DNA of 64,000 nucleotides from Albugo candida (Eukaryota): NCBI GenBank assembly GCA_040437565.1, contig JBDOQK010000016.1, positions 310,001 to 374,000 of the forward strand, read 5' to 3'. Shown piece by piece: positions 51,249 to 64,000 of this stretch (position 1 is its first letter; each line of letters starts with the position of its first letter). The notes under the pieces were generated by a model. It saw only the letters and a program-made list of their open reading frames with translations, ran no database searches and was not told where the DNA came from. The position numbers and the translations under genes were made by a program.

Positions 51249-51937
51249 TCAAATGCCCAAAAAATCCATTGCAGATGATAATGCTTGGCGAGTTCGTACC
51301 GCGATGGGGTCTGTATCCTTGGGATTTATCGTTGGATCGATATGCATATACGCGTGAGAAGTCGAGCGCCTAAGCGCTTGTTGGGAATCTTTCTCTAAAC
51401 TACGCACAATCTCAGCTTCATGCTTGCGTTTCTCGATTTCCTCTCGCCGAATGGTTTTTTCAATGTCATATTTCTTTTGATGCATTCGGTACAATTCCTT
51501 TTCCGCACGACGCAAGCGTTCTTCGACAATTCCACGACGCCGATGTTCTTCTTCGTATCGTTTTTCCCACATTTCCCGCTCAGACTCGAGTCTTGCTCGC
51601 TCCTCTTTCCATCGTCTGACGTAAGAGAATCATCGATGCCTTTCGATTTGCTACAAACACTCGTGTGCATCGTACCGTTCATCGTCTGCTTTCTGAGCAT
51701 CCAGCGCAATTCGATCGAGCGCTTCCTGTTCTAATCTATCCAGCCGTAAGCAGTCATCCGTAACCATTTAATAATTCCTTACCTGTGCTCCAGATCCTCA
51801 TTCACATACTCCAAATCATTCTGTCGCCTTGCTTGAGCTTCCACAAATCGCTTTGCTTCTGCCAATTCGTTTTGTAGTCGCTGTACTAACTGACTATCCT
51901 TTCGATGCTCACGTTCGAAAAGCGGTACACTTTCCAT
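51249..51937 (-). CDS. Coiled-coil hypothetical protein, 2 exons
   Basis: MESVPLFEREHRKDSQLVQRLQNELAE..EDLEHR, GTAAGG donor near 51783, then ..WEKRYEEEHRRRGIVEERLRRAEKELYRMHQKKYD..ALSSAMDFLGI*. Confidence 0.7.
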
Positions 51938-52725
51938 TTCCGTCTATGCATAGTCATAAAATGTAGTGAGAAAAGCTTCTCCTATACGACGATGTTATAG
52001 TACGTGTCTTGCGAATGTAGCTACTCCCCAATTTGTGCTACTCGATGCGGTCGATTTCTCATGTGCGACCATTTCTATGTCGATTTTCTGTTGCGCTTAA
52101 TTTGCTCAACTACTGCAAGGAATAATGAAGATGGGCATTCAGATAATGTACGATAGATTCGCGTTGTACGGAGTACCCACATACGCAGTTTTCAGCTTAA
52201 AATGGAATGCGTACAAATGAAAAAAACAACTGTCAAATTCGTTATAATACAAGCAAAGCGCTTGCGTTTCGTTCTTTATTTGACACTCACGTACGCGATG
52301 CAACTCGATATTATAGGGAACAGATGCTTCCAATCAAAACTATAGGGGAAGGGCGATAATCGATTGCATACAGCGATTCATCGATGTAAAGTTGCACGCG
52401 AAAACATCATCGTCGCCTGGAAATGCCGTCTTATTACAAGCTACAAGCGTATCACGTTGCAACGCATTCGCAATTGTGACACGTGAAAGTATCACTCAAC
52501 TTTATTTATTTGTATCGTCACTGTGCGGTGATAAATCGGGTTCGGAAGTAGGAGTCTGTAGTCACAGCTTAAGTAGTCTGACTTTGAATGATACGGTTGA
52601 TAGCACGTCAATGTCGACAGTTGTGTTCTTTTCCCAGTTTTTAATGTAAATGGCAGTTTTTCTGAGACCTGCCTCCACAATGGAGCTGCGGATGTACTCA
52701 CTTTGAAAAGTGCATTGCGATAACA

Positions 52726-55700
52726 ATGCGACTGCAACTTGAAGACAAGGAGTGTTACAGATCAATTGATTGTTATCGGGTCTTATCGCTTTCGAGGGAG
52801 CTTCAGAATGGTGGAGAAGCGATGAAACCTGTCCTTGACGAGTTAGAGCTCAAGCGACTATGCGTGCAACTCGGTGTCGCATCGTCTCCAAGAACGACGG
52901 GGAATATGGGAAGCGACCTCGAAGAAGACTTTGATCAGGAGTTTGCTCGATACCTGCGTAACAAGGTATTTACTCCGGTCAATTTATTGAAGAATACGGA
53001 TGGAAAGAATGCCGAAGTGCTTGGCTTATTTGGGAAGCAAAACGCTGTCAAACAGCAGCTCGAGCAGATGAATATATGGGCAGAGAAGATCGGACAGCTT
53101 TCGGTCAACGATCAAGGGATCTACTGCGTTTGTAGTAATGCAGCATCGATTGCAAATGGAAAGCGTGTAACTCTGGTGATATTCACTTGGCTGACTGATG
53201 CTCTGTTTGACCCAACGGCGTTACGAGATATGGCGACTTACATGCTACGATTTCTTTCCAATCTGACGTCACATTTGATATGTTGCGTTCTGGATCAGGA
53301 TGTCAAATGCATCCAAAGTATCGTTGATGGACGCAAAAATTCAAGTGACGATGAGGAATTGGATGCTTTATCGTATTCCGCAAGGTTCAAGGTCGAGTGC
53401 CAGGAGGATGCTCGTGATAAAGTCACCTGCAGCATTGAGAATTCTCTCCAAATTCCTGAATGTCAGGAGAACACAAAGGTACAATTGGCCAGCGGAAGTT
53501 ATATGGGCGTTGTGACAACCACAAGCCAAGTGAGGAAGAGGCTGAAAAAAGAAATAGCCAGATTTTATTCGACCGACAAGTTGTGTCACTGGATTGAGAA
53601 TCGCGCCAAGGTGTATCGTATGGATTTGCACCCTCTTCTCAACTCTCTGAATCGTGTCTATCGAAAAGCGATTCTCGAGTCGTTTCATTCGCATCCAAAG
53701 CAGAAGTTGGACGAAATCGATGCAATATACGCTACGGAGAAGAACGAAAAGGCTTTCTTTCAAACGAAAATGACGAAATTCTCGACCACCTGCTTCACGT
53801 TGAGCCTCTTATCGAAAACCACAATCGAAGAGTACAGGACCGCGTTTGAAAGGATTGCGAGTGCTGTCACGCCCGGAACAATCACGGAAACGATGTCCAG
53901 CACCATCCAAATTCCCATCAAGCTATACGAAGCCAGAGACACCTTAGTGAAGCTATACAAATCCGGTAAAGTAGACGAAGTGCAGAAGGCTATTCACGAT
54001 ATTATCGGTGGCAAATCGTGTGCAAAGTCTAGGTGGCAATGGAGTCTTTTTGCGTTAGAAGTACCAAAAGAGCTGGACAACATGGTGCTGACACGGATGT
54101 CAGATGCTCGAAATGAATGGCTCACTTATGTCAATGGTATCTTAGCAGATGCGATGGACTCTGCTTGTGTCCGCAAATTTGTCGAAGAAGAAGTAGAAGA
54201 AGCGCGTCAATGGATGCAGTCTGAGAAGCACGCGATCGTGCAGGTAGCGCTGGTCTCTCTATTTGATAACCTTGCCAATGCCGACAAAGAAAGAAAGATA
54301 ACGGTGCACAGGGCTTCGTCGCTCATGAATCTCATCGAGTTTGATGTCGAAAGCGAGGAAGAAGACATCTCCGTGGACATCGTGAGCGTGCAAAAGTATA
54401 GTATGAATGGACTTCATCCTCTTGGTAGCTTACCGTTTGACAAAGACGATGGCATCATTGGAATCTACACAGTGCAGGCATTCAGTCTTTTGGTGGTATC
54501 CTCGCGAAATTCTACGATTCGGGTGATCCAATTCGCCAGCGATATGCGATTAGCTCCAGTGTTCACATTGGAACGCAGTTTCAAACGGTCGATTTCCTTG
54601 TGCGATTTCAATGTCAATGAGCGCATTTTAGCTATTTTGTACGACGCGGGTAAGAAAAGGCTGGGTGTGGTGAGATTATTTCGCTTCTCCGAGAAGTACA
54701 ACATTATGGATCGGGCTGGCGATCTCGATCTGGATATCAAGACCACGCTGGAAGGTCCAATTGTCGAGCTTGTTGCTGTCAAGAACGCCATCTATGTTGT
54801 GGATAAAAATGGGATGGCACAATCCATTCATTTACGATCACAACAAGTGTCTCGAAAATTCCAAGTCAATCCTCTCGATCGATGCGGAAAATTATTTTGT
54901 CCCCAAGAAGCAGTGTTGATGGCTGGACGGATGGTCTCGATCAAGGACTCGGAATATGAAGTTGTCATCTCGACAATTTCGCAAGTGGATCATCGCTTCC
55001 TACCCGATGAGAGCGTCGGTGTCCAGTTATTGTCCAAGGACGCCTCAATCGTGTGCGTTGGAAATCTTTTGCATATACTGGACTTGGTGGCTTGTCGACT
55101 TTACGCTATCCGGCTGGACGTCTCTATCCGAAGCGATTCCTATCGCATACGCCATGCTGCAGGTAGACTGGATGCTGATGCTGACAGCGATATAAAAGAA
55201 GATTGGCTAAGAACATTCTACCACATGTACGAGAAGTTCCCCGTACGAGGGAGTCTTCACGACAATTATGGCAATCGGATTTTCAAGCTGTTGTTCTCCG
55301 TACAAGGCGAGGAAGCGTGTGACACGACAATGATCGAGTCGACTTTCAAATGTTATCTCGAAAGAATAATGGAAGATTTGAAAAAGCTTCACAAACCGCT
55401 GCATGGACTGGATTTGGCGTCGAACGTAGTCGTTGGCTGTGCGTACCCATGCTCTGACTGGATACTCGATCAAGTTCATCGGTCGACTACGCTTCCTGCT
55501 CATGAGCTCATTTTACGAATGATCACATTTGTACCGCTGCAAATCTGTCGGGCTGAAGACAATACGCTCAACATTCTTGGGTGTAGGAATACTAAATCTT
55601 TGAATGATTCCCTGCAGCAGTCAACGATGATTGATGCTGCTAGTATCGCAGGCTCGATCCGATTCGGGTTTCTATCTGTTTTGTTGGAGGCTTGGCAAGG

Positions 55701-58700
55701 TCGTTGTGTTGTGATCTCATCGATGGGCAAGCAGTCGACCGGCAAAAGTTATTTCCTTAATCACCTGACAGGTTCGTCATTCAACATTTCCGGTTCACGT
55801 TGTACGGATGGCGCATGGATGTCGATGAAATTCATTGGTGACGTGCTTTTAGTGATTTTGGACTTTGAAGGCTTGGGGTCTTTCGAAAGATCCGAGCAAG
55901 AAGATGTATTTCTCGCAGTCCTCAACTCTTCGATATCGCTATTCACAATATTTCGAATTGAAATGCGCTTTGACAAAGACGTCGATGAGTTGTTCAATAA
56001 GTTCCAGAAAGGAATGAAGTTGATCAAAGGAGATCGGCGTTTATTCCGTGGGAAGCTGTACATGAGCGTAAAAGATGTGAATCCCAACGACACGCGCNNN
56101 NNNNNNNNNNNNNNNNNNNNNNNNNNNNNNNNNNNNNNNNNNNNNNNNNNNNNNNNNNNNNNNNNNNNNNNNNNNNNNNNNNNNNNNNNNNNNNNNNGCG
56201 CGTGTCGTTGGGATTCACATCTTTTACGCTCATGTACAGCTTCCCACGGAATAAACGCCGATCTCCTTTGATCAACTTCATTCCTTTCTGGAACTTATTG
56301 AACAACTCATCGACGTCTTTGTCAAAGCGCATTTCAATTCGAAATATTGTGAATAGCGATATCGAAGAGTTGAGGACTGCGAGAAATACATCTTCTTGCT
56401 CGGGTCTTTCGAAAGATCCGAGCAAGAAGATGTATTTCTCGCAGTCCTCAACTCTTCGATATCGCTATTCACAATATTTCGAATTGAAATGCGCTTTGAC
56501 AAAGACGTCGATGAGTTGTTCAATAAGTTCCAGAAAGGAATGAAGTTGATCAAAGGAGATCGGCGTTTATTCCGTGGGAAGCTGTACATGAGCGTAAAAG
56601 ATGTGAATCCCAACGACACGCGCTGTGTGACGGACGAATTTGTGAGTAAACTGGACACATTACTGCATCGAAGCAAGGAAGCAAATTTCCTATCCGACAT
56701 GTACAGCGGGGACTTGAGTATTAATTGTTCACCCCCTCTTGGAACCCGAAGCTACTATCGATCGTTGGATGTCGCAAGTCAAATGATTCAAACGTTGTTG
56801 GCTGGAGGTTCTGATACGGGATACGAAAATGCCAAAGATTTTTCAAATTGTTTGCGGTTGGTTTTGGCCAAAATTCATATTTTGGATTGGACGTCGTTGG
56901 ACGATTCAGCCAAGCAGTTGCAGCTGGCAGAATTGACGCGATTGCTTCCAGGATTGGTACGAACAGGTTGTAAGATCCCTGTCGAAAAATTGGACGCTGT
57001 GGATATTGAGCCGTCTTTCAAAGAAGCGCTGTTTGTTTCGATCGACAGGAAAGAAATTGAGGTATTCATGGACGAAGTCAGTGTTCGGCATCCAAATCTT
57101 GCCGGTAAATGGGAGGAGCTGAATCAGAGGATCCCATTCGAATTTATATGGGAGGATGGTGATATCGACTTTTGCATCAATCTGAACAGCACAAAGGAGC
57201 AGGAGGATGAGTTCGTATTGCCACTGAGCCGTCTGCATAGAAAGTATGTCCAAGCGCTGGAGAGTGCAGGCTATCCACAAAAATGCCACAATGTTGGCAC
57301 ACAAGAGGATTTCGACGCCGTATTGAGCTTCCTCGTACATCGACGATGCGCCCGTATTGAAAAATGGGCTTCCACAGTGCTTCAAAGTGATGAGTGGAAC
57401 ATGTATCGGCATCAGATGCTAGGACGCTTCAAAGCAATTGTGTGTCGATGTCAGCATCAGTGCGGTAGTTGTAAATTGGGATGCATGAAACCCACATCTC
57501 ATTCCGGAAATCACGATTGTGATACGTCACACCGATGCAATGGACAATGTTCATACTGCTGTGTGGTCGCTGCGATACCAAAATGCTCCAAGGAAGCTGG
57601 TCATGAGGGCGTTTGTGAATGCAAAGAAGGCGACCATTCTTGTGGGCTGGTATGCATGAATGCTGGGGCTCGAAATTGCGATAAGAGCTGTTCCCTGAAA
57701 CGAGGCCACGAAGGTGGTCACATGTGCTCTGTCAAAGTCCACGTGTGTTCGGGTATGTGCTCTGCCAAAAATTGCACGAATTCTTGTACGGTGAGTTTCG
57801 ACTCGGCGCATTCGGCACACAAATGTGCGCTTGAAAGCTGTTTGGAGGTGTGCTTCATGGAAGGATGCAAGCGTCTATGTTCTGTGAAAGAGCACTTTCA
57901 CGGTCAGACAGAGGCGCTTGTGGCCCAATCTGTCGACCAAAGTGTGAATGGAAAAGGTGCAGTGCACGATGCCGAGTCTGAGGTGCCACCCATTCATATG
58001 TGCGATGGATCACACGAATGCATGGAGCATTGTGAGGAAGCGGGGATTTGCAAGCGGAATCTCAAGTTAAAAAAAACGACGAGAACTTTCCAAGGAAAGC
58101 GGGGAAGCTTTCAATACACTCTGAAAGAAATGAACGCATCCAGAAAGAAATGTAGCGTTGTACTACAGCCAAAGGAAATGCTTCATGAAGGGAAGCATAC
58201 GTGTGCCAAGGAGACCGATGAGGATGACGGTGATGTTGTGCATTATTGCGATGTTCGATGTCTTTGCTGCGAGTATTTCTGCGATGAGAAATACGGGCAC
58301 GAGGGAATGCATACCACTGCGCATGGAAATATGATCCGCACTCGTTTCTACTCGGACACCAAAAATTTCGATGTTCAAGGTCGCCAGTATGAAAGTGGTG
58401 AACGTGGGATCGCCGAAATGTGTAACATGTACTGCAGTAAAATGGGTCGTGGTCATGTTCATTATTTACCATGCACGAATGGAAGAAGGTCGGGATGCAC
58501 GTACGTTGGAAGTGAGGATGAGCGGCAACATTGTGTGAGGAAGCTGGTTCCACAACCCGAGAAACCTCTGGACGAAGTTTTGCATGGGAAGTTCTGGGAG
58601 ACATTGGGCTGGGAAGATCCATGTTCGTCTATCCAAGACCGTGAAGAATTCCGTAAATGTGGTTTTAAGTGTGATGCCTCCGAACATGCCGACAAAGGGA

Positions 58701-59983
58701 AGGAATCGTATTGTACTTTGCCTGCGTGGCACAAGCCTTCTACTGATGTGACAAATATCGGTGGGCACGAATTTGATTGCCAGCATATTGCGTCTGGTGG
58801 CCAGCACCACCATATCTTCGTGTTGGATGCTTCTGGATCGATGAGTGGGAGTCCATGGGCACATTTACTTGCGGCGTATCGAGAGTACATCAGTAATCGT
58901 CTGACAAGTGGTGGGATGTGTGGAGACATTGTCTCCGTCATTACGTTTGATAGTCGGGCAAGAGTCGTTGTCGAAGGCCAGCCAATAAGCTCCGTCGAAT
59001 TTCTGCACATTCCGTACAGTGGCGGGGGTACTTGTTACTCGGAGGCGTTGCGAGAAGCGTTGGGTATATTGTCCCGAACGAATTACTCGGTTTATAAACC
59101 AGCAGTTATCTTCTTCTCGGATGGTCAGCCGCATGACCCGGTAGAAGGCGCGCGATTGGGGGAAGAGATTGCCCGTATGTATGTTCCGTACGGCTTACGC
59201 GCTTTCGCGGTCGGATTTGGCAGTATCAATCTTCGCGTGTTAGAAAGGATAGCGTCAAAATTGGGCGGGACGTATATGCATACTATGGTGGGTAATGAGT
59301 TGAGAACGACATTCTGCAAGATTTCGGCCTCGTTGAGTACCAAAGCGGGTCTTGCGATTGTCGAGGAAAGAGACGAAAGTATTGATTGTTCGATCTGCAA
59401 GCAGAAGATCGATGGGAAGGAGAAAACTCTATCATGCGGACATTGCCTGCACAAAAAGTGTTTCAATGGGATGAAGACCGCTTCGGAAGAGAAGGATGGA
59501 NNNNNNNNNNNNNNNNNNNNNNNNNNNNNNNNNNNNNNNNNNNNNNNNNNNNNNNNNNNNNNNNNNNNNNNNNNNNNNNNNNNNNNNNNNNNNNNNNNNN
59601 TGGGGGAAGAGATTGCCCGTATGTATGTTCCGTACGGCTTACGCGCTTTCGCGGTCGGATTTGGCAGTATCAATCTTCGCGTGTTAGAAAGGATAGCGTC
59701 AAAATTGGGCGGGACGTATATGCATACTATGGTGGGTAATGAGTTGAGAACGACATTCTGCAAGATTTCGGCCTCGTTGAGTACCAAAGCGGGTCTTGCG
59801 ATTGTCGAGGAAAGAGACGAAAGTATTGATTGTTCGATCTGCAAGCAGAAGATCGATGGGAAGGAGAAAACTCTATCATGCGGACATTGCCTGCACAAAA
59901 AGTGTTTCAATGGGATGAAGACCGCTTCGGAAGAGAAGGATGGATCACTTCGGTGTCCAGTGTGTCGTGTTAGTTGCAGTTAG
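52726..59983 (+). CDS. Giant (~2,100 aa after removing gap artefacts) protein: large N-terminal region, GBP/VLIG-like GTPase, Cys/His repeat array, VWA, RING-H2
   Basis: G1 MGKQSTGKS, G2 SRCTDG and G3 LDFEG; repeated CxxxC..GHxGxHxC units; MIDAS DASGS..GGT..SDG; RING CxxC..CGHCLHKKC..CPVC. Reading is continuous once the overlaps at 56098 and 59501 are collapsed (1124+959+12 aa). Confidence 0.88.
56198..56623. repeat. ~200-bp-arm palindrome (fold-back) centred near 56410; likely chimeric-read artefact
   Basis: 56198-56400 is the reverse complement of ~56420-56623. The turn lies at the native hairpin GGGTCTTTC/GAAAGATCC and the arm abuts an N gap. Confidence 0.85.
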
Positions 59984-60395
59984 GTGGTAGCGTTTTGTTT
60001 GGCTTATATTTATTGTGTGAGCACTTTGATTTTGTGACGCTTGAATCATACGAGTGCGTTTATTACTTACGGCACATTTATACTTGCACTTTTGATATGT
60101 TTGAAAGATACGGATTATAATTATCGCGGAGTCTGGTGGAAAGCTCTGTTTCAGGTCATTTAATTAGTGGAAACAATAAACTCAACGGAAAGTGAAAGAT
60201 AGAAATCGAACACCTATATAGGCGGTTTTTCGGTTAAGAGCTTAACAGCTTATTAGCGCGATGTACTAATAGCTTGTTGTCGCATAAAGGACGTATCATA
60301 CTTATCGCAGTAAAAACTCTTATTCGGTAGTGCAGAGGACTGAGAGTGACCTGTTTGAGTGTTTTTTTTTCCAATAACAAGATTGCTAATACTCT

Positions 60396-62317
60396 TTACG
60401 AGGTTTGATTGTCACTTTGTGTTTTGAAGGACAAACCATCTTCCGAATTCGCAACGTATTCGGTCTGTACTTCGTCATTTGGGCTAGGTATCTCTTCATT
60501 ATTGGTAGATCCATCTTCAGCACGCATACCGAATCCTAGGCAAGCAATAAAACAGCAAATGAGTAGGAGAATCAGACCGGACTATAAATACCGAATCAAC
60601 CATGACATAAGTGAGTAAAACAAAGACTGGTGCAATGACATAGTCACTTACAACGATAAACCACGGAAGTAAGATGTAAAGAGTTGAAAAGCTGCCATCC
60701 TGTAAACGAGCCGACATAATGAAAAAGGGGGAAAATACCACCGCGATAAGTCCGATTGTGCAAAAAGCATCCACTCCTGGGGATCTAGACGTATTGTCTG
60801 GCTCCTTTGTTTCTGATTCACGGGTGCAGTTGTCGTATGATGGTAAGTCAGTCGACTTTGTGTCCGAATTGCTTCCGGTTTTTTCGCGCTGTGATCTTCG
60901 TGCAGCAAAAAACCTCTTGATGGGATGCCACACAAGGTAGGCGATACACACCCATAACGGAATGAATACAATCCACCAATTCGTATCACCCAGATCGCCA
61001 TCAATTCTAGTTGCTAACAGTATCGCTTGAGCAAGCCGAGAAGTATTCCAAAAGAGCGTGCCGCCAATCTGACGAATTAGCATCTGCTGCTGCTGCTTGA
61101 TTGCCTCTGTGGTGCTGACTCCAGCCCCCTCGCTCTGTCGTGTCAAAGCAGCGTAATTAACAGATCCAACTATGACCAATTCCATGAATGTGAGTCCATC
61201 GTAGACGAAATACGGAATGAAGACTTCTTTTACCGACCACTCAATGTTTTGATTTAGTTTCATGGCAATAAATATTTGCAATACTAATAACAATAGAGAT
61301 TTGAGAAGTCTGTACAACTTGAACATTTTGGACTTGGGAGACTTGGTCGGTCTTTCTTCATCCTCTTCATCTGAAACGAGGTAAGAGCAACCAAGACAGC
61401 AATAATATATGCTATCTAGTATCCACATTGGAATAAACACCACAACCCAGTCCCAAGATACCGTATGATTGACTCGTAAGCACCAGAATACTACAATAAA
61501 AAGCCGAATCAGCTGTAAAACCCACGAAAAGAACCTTTGTGTACATAATTCCTACTCGGAATAATGAGAAAAAAACTGAATAACGACGCTATGAGGAGCA
61601 TCATGAAACATTTTCCTTTTACTCCAACTGCATTTAGGGAGCCAAAAAGCGCCGCCAGCATTTCCTGCAACACATTCACAATCACAATATTTTTGACAAC
61701 TAAATAATCTGAATGATGTACTCACTTCTGGACTCAGATTTCCAACATTTTCCATAAGTTTGACTCCGTCCTCACCCATTCTAATAAATAAAACATCAAC
61801 ACATTGCACAAGCACANNNNNNNNNNNNNNNNNNNNNNNNNNNNNNNNNNNNNNNNNNNNNNNNNNNNNNNNNNNNNNNNNNNNNNNNNNNNNNNNNNNN
61901 NNNNNNNNNNNNNNNNCTAAATAATCTGAATGATGTACTCACTTCTGGACTCAGATTTCCAACATTTTCCATAAGTTTGACTCCGTCCTCACCCATTCTA
62001 ATAAATAAAACATCAACACATTGCACAAGCACACAGAATGACCGTACCGATCGTAAATTTCCCGTTTTTTGGGGTCCGACAGGACATCATAAGCGTACTT
62101 CATTCTGGTAAACTACAGTAGCATTCTTCATAATTTTCACACTGTCTCAGAATGAACTCACATCTTCTTGTATTTCGGGAGAGTTTCCACGTTTGTCCGG
62201 ATGTAGTTGTAAGGCCTTTTTGCGATATGCTTTTTTGAGCAATTCGGGAGTGACATCCGGATCGACTCCCAGCAGATCGTAGAATACTGTCGAATTGATT
62301 GTTTTCTTGGGCGCCAT
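60396..62317 (-). CDS. DnaJ (J-domain) protein fused to TMEM185-like multi-TM region, multi-exon
   Basis: FYDLLGV..LKKAYRKKALQLHPDK..KYAYDVLSDPKKREIYDRYGEDG, plus repeated WxxVFIPxW TM motifs (DWVVVFIPMW, NWWIVFIPLW). Confidence 0.88.
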
Positions 62318-63384
62318 TATGCGAATGATCACGCGCGTACAATACTTCCAGTATCTCTTCCAAGTGAGATAAGAATAATGTACTCGCTGTGCATTCAGGT
62401 GTGTAATTATGTACTATCCACTATTCTTGTCACCGATTGTGTACTACACTATTTAAGGGGGTAATTTCTAGCTACTACATTACTTCGTGCTTTACATCGC
62501 AATATCACCAGGATCCTTACGATTATACAGATGAGCGAGCCTGTTTGCCCGAAGCGAAAGCGATTTAGTTTTTCTATTTTATTTGTGTAGGAATCTTATG
62601 CTATTTCGATTGTTCTTCGGAATTTTATTGCGGTAATTACTTCTCTATCCCGAAATTAATGGATTATGGCGGAAGCGGACGACAAATGTAGCTAGCACCC
62701 AGTGAGCACAACGAATGCTACATATGCTCCCCGCAAAAGGACCCTGTGTATTGATCCGACAAAAATGACGTTTGCGCTGAAATTAGTATAGACAACGTGA
62801 TCGAAGTGAGTATACCCATCATTGTTCCCATAGAATCAGAGTTTGAATTGACTCATTGCTAAAATCACATTAGAGTGACTTTGAAAATGGCAAAAACTTT
62901 TGCCCGAGTCAGATGGGACAATGCATCCGAAAATATCGGCTGCGACACCTTTTCAATAATTGACACTATTTTTCTGCTGACCCTTAGTGAGTCAATCTTC
63001 TTGTCTACTATATACACACTCTGCTTGAAACGCAATAGCAAATAAGTAATCATAGCAATACAATATCGTGCATCTTTGGCATGTACACGCGTGGTCCGCT
63101 TCAGACATCTACTTTATTTTGGTATACTCGATGACCCCTTCCTGGCAATATCCGCACCGTCAGCTCGGACAATGATGCTCCGATATCTCAATCTGTTGAC
63201 CAGATGATTGAATGACTATCAAGGTTGCCTTGAATGGGATCGTGGAGGAGTAAGTGTATCCGATAATGCCGAAGCTTTGTAAGTAAGGCAGTCACATAAT
63301 CAAGAGCTCTCCATGAAAATCATTAATGATGAAGAAGAAACTTGGAAAGAGCAAAAACAATAAACAACTCAGAAATCATTGTGA

Positions 63385-64000
63385 TTAATGCTCTTCATTC
63401 TCGCAGTGTTCCTGATACGAACTTTCGTCCATAAGATCATCCAAATCTGCAGGATTATCGACCTATTGATTTCACATCGAGTTAGATTACGAATTATAAG
63501 CATCTTAGTTGCATACATTGATCTTGATAAACCAGCCCTTGCCCATAGCATCTTCATTCACTAAATGTGAATTCTCTGCCAATTGCTACACATCAACGCC
63601 CTTTAGTTATTATATAATTTTACTCCCCAGCAAGTAATTCACCTCGTTTATAGCCACAACTTTTCCTGTGACCGGTGTGAAGGTATCACTTGCAGTCTTT
63701 ACTGACTCGACTGCACCAAATACATCACTGTGTGAATGCGATTTGTGAGCGCAAAGCGGTGCATACAGTTTTATGTTCCTTACCCTTTCGAAAACGTTTC
63801 TCCAACAGATGGAAGCTCCACGTAAACCACATCACCCAAAGAGTTTTGGGCAAAATCGGTGATACCGATCGTCCCTACCTTTCCTTCGACCTTAATATAC
63901 TCGTGTTGTGGAGTGTAATACGTTGAGAAAAATGAATGGAAAGGAAGATTTCCAGTCGATACAAATTGTGCAATTTTTTTCACGTGTTGTCGATGACGCA
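63385..64000 (-). CDS. GCSH: Glycine cleavage system H protein, 4 exons, start at or just beyond the window edge
   Basis: [50 protein letters not shown] (lipoyl Lys)/[32 protein letters not shown]. Confidence 0.93.

Noticed and set aside
56024-56425. Minus-strand ORF identical to part of the GTPase (possible hairpin/siRNA locus)
   Set aside because: It is created by the fold-back arm that ends exactly at the gap where the forward copy ends, so it is most likely a chimeric artefact.
734-61916. Direct repeats (about 20-900 bp) on both sides of the 100-N gaps, giving apparent internal domain duplications (two SURPs, two RINGs, extra TPRs, two aminotransferases)
   Set aside because: The pattern is systematic at the gaps, which are of fixed length, and reading frames become continuous and canonical when collapsed. 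These are unmerged contig overlaps, not biology.
62400-63380. Possible small gene between DnaJ and GCSH
   Set aside because: Only short frames without recognisable motifs; could not be supported by eye.
1938-64000. Metabolic gene cluster (MPC, MCCC2, purH, aminotransferase, GCSH)
   Set aside because: The genes are scattered among unrelated housekeeping genes and do not form one pathway.

Overview
This is compact, intron-containing eukaryotic DNA, most consistent with a plant-associated oomycete, possibly Albugo-like. That assignment is an inference from the short ~45-100 nt GT-AG introns, tiny intergenic spaces, secreted GH131-like genes and the myosin/HSF content. The window holds about 27 protein genes, mostly housekeeping: NECAP, MPC, MCCC2, a RING protein, HSF, SPCS3, PSMB3, U2SURP, RPAP1, an amino-acid transporter, purH/ATIC, a TPR protein, a P5A-ATPase, a STIMATE-like protein, myosin, a DnaJ-TM protein and GCSH. 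It also holds one tRNA-Leu(UAA) and a decayed L1/Tx1-type LINE just upstream of it. All 19 of the 100-N gaps are flanked by duplicated sequence (unmerged contig overlaps, one inverted), so several ORF-track proteins contain false internal repeats. The most interesting candidates are: (1) an intronless ~2,100-aa GBP/VLIG-like GTPase + Cys/His repeat array + VWA + RING-H2 protein resembling a one-gene immune or ubiquitin-ligase machine; (2) a pipsqueak-type HTH apparently spliced onto a motif-intact PLP aminotransferase, a MocR/GabR-like architecture; (3) a LINE head-to-head with a tRNA that has a downstream extra B-box; and (4) two dispersed secreted GH131-like glucanases. Exon structures and domain calls were made by eye and no database searches were run.
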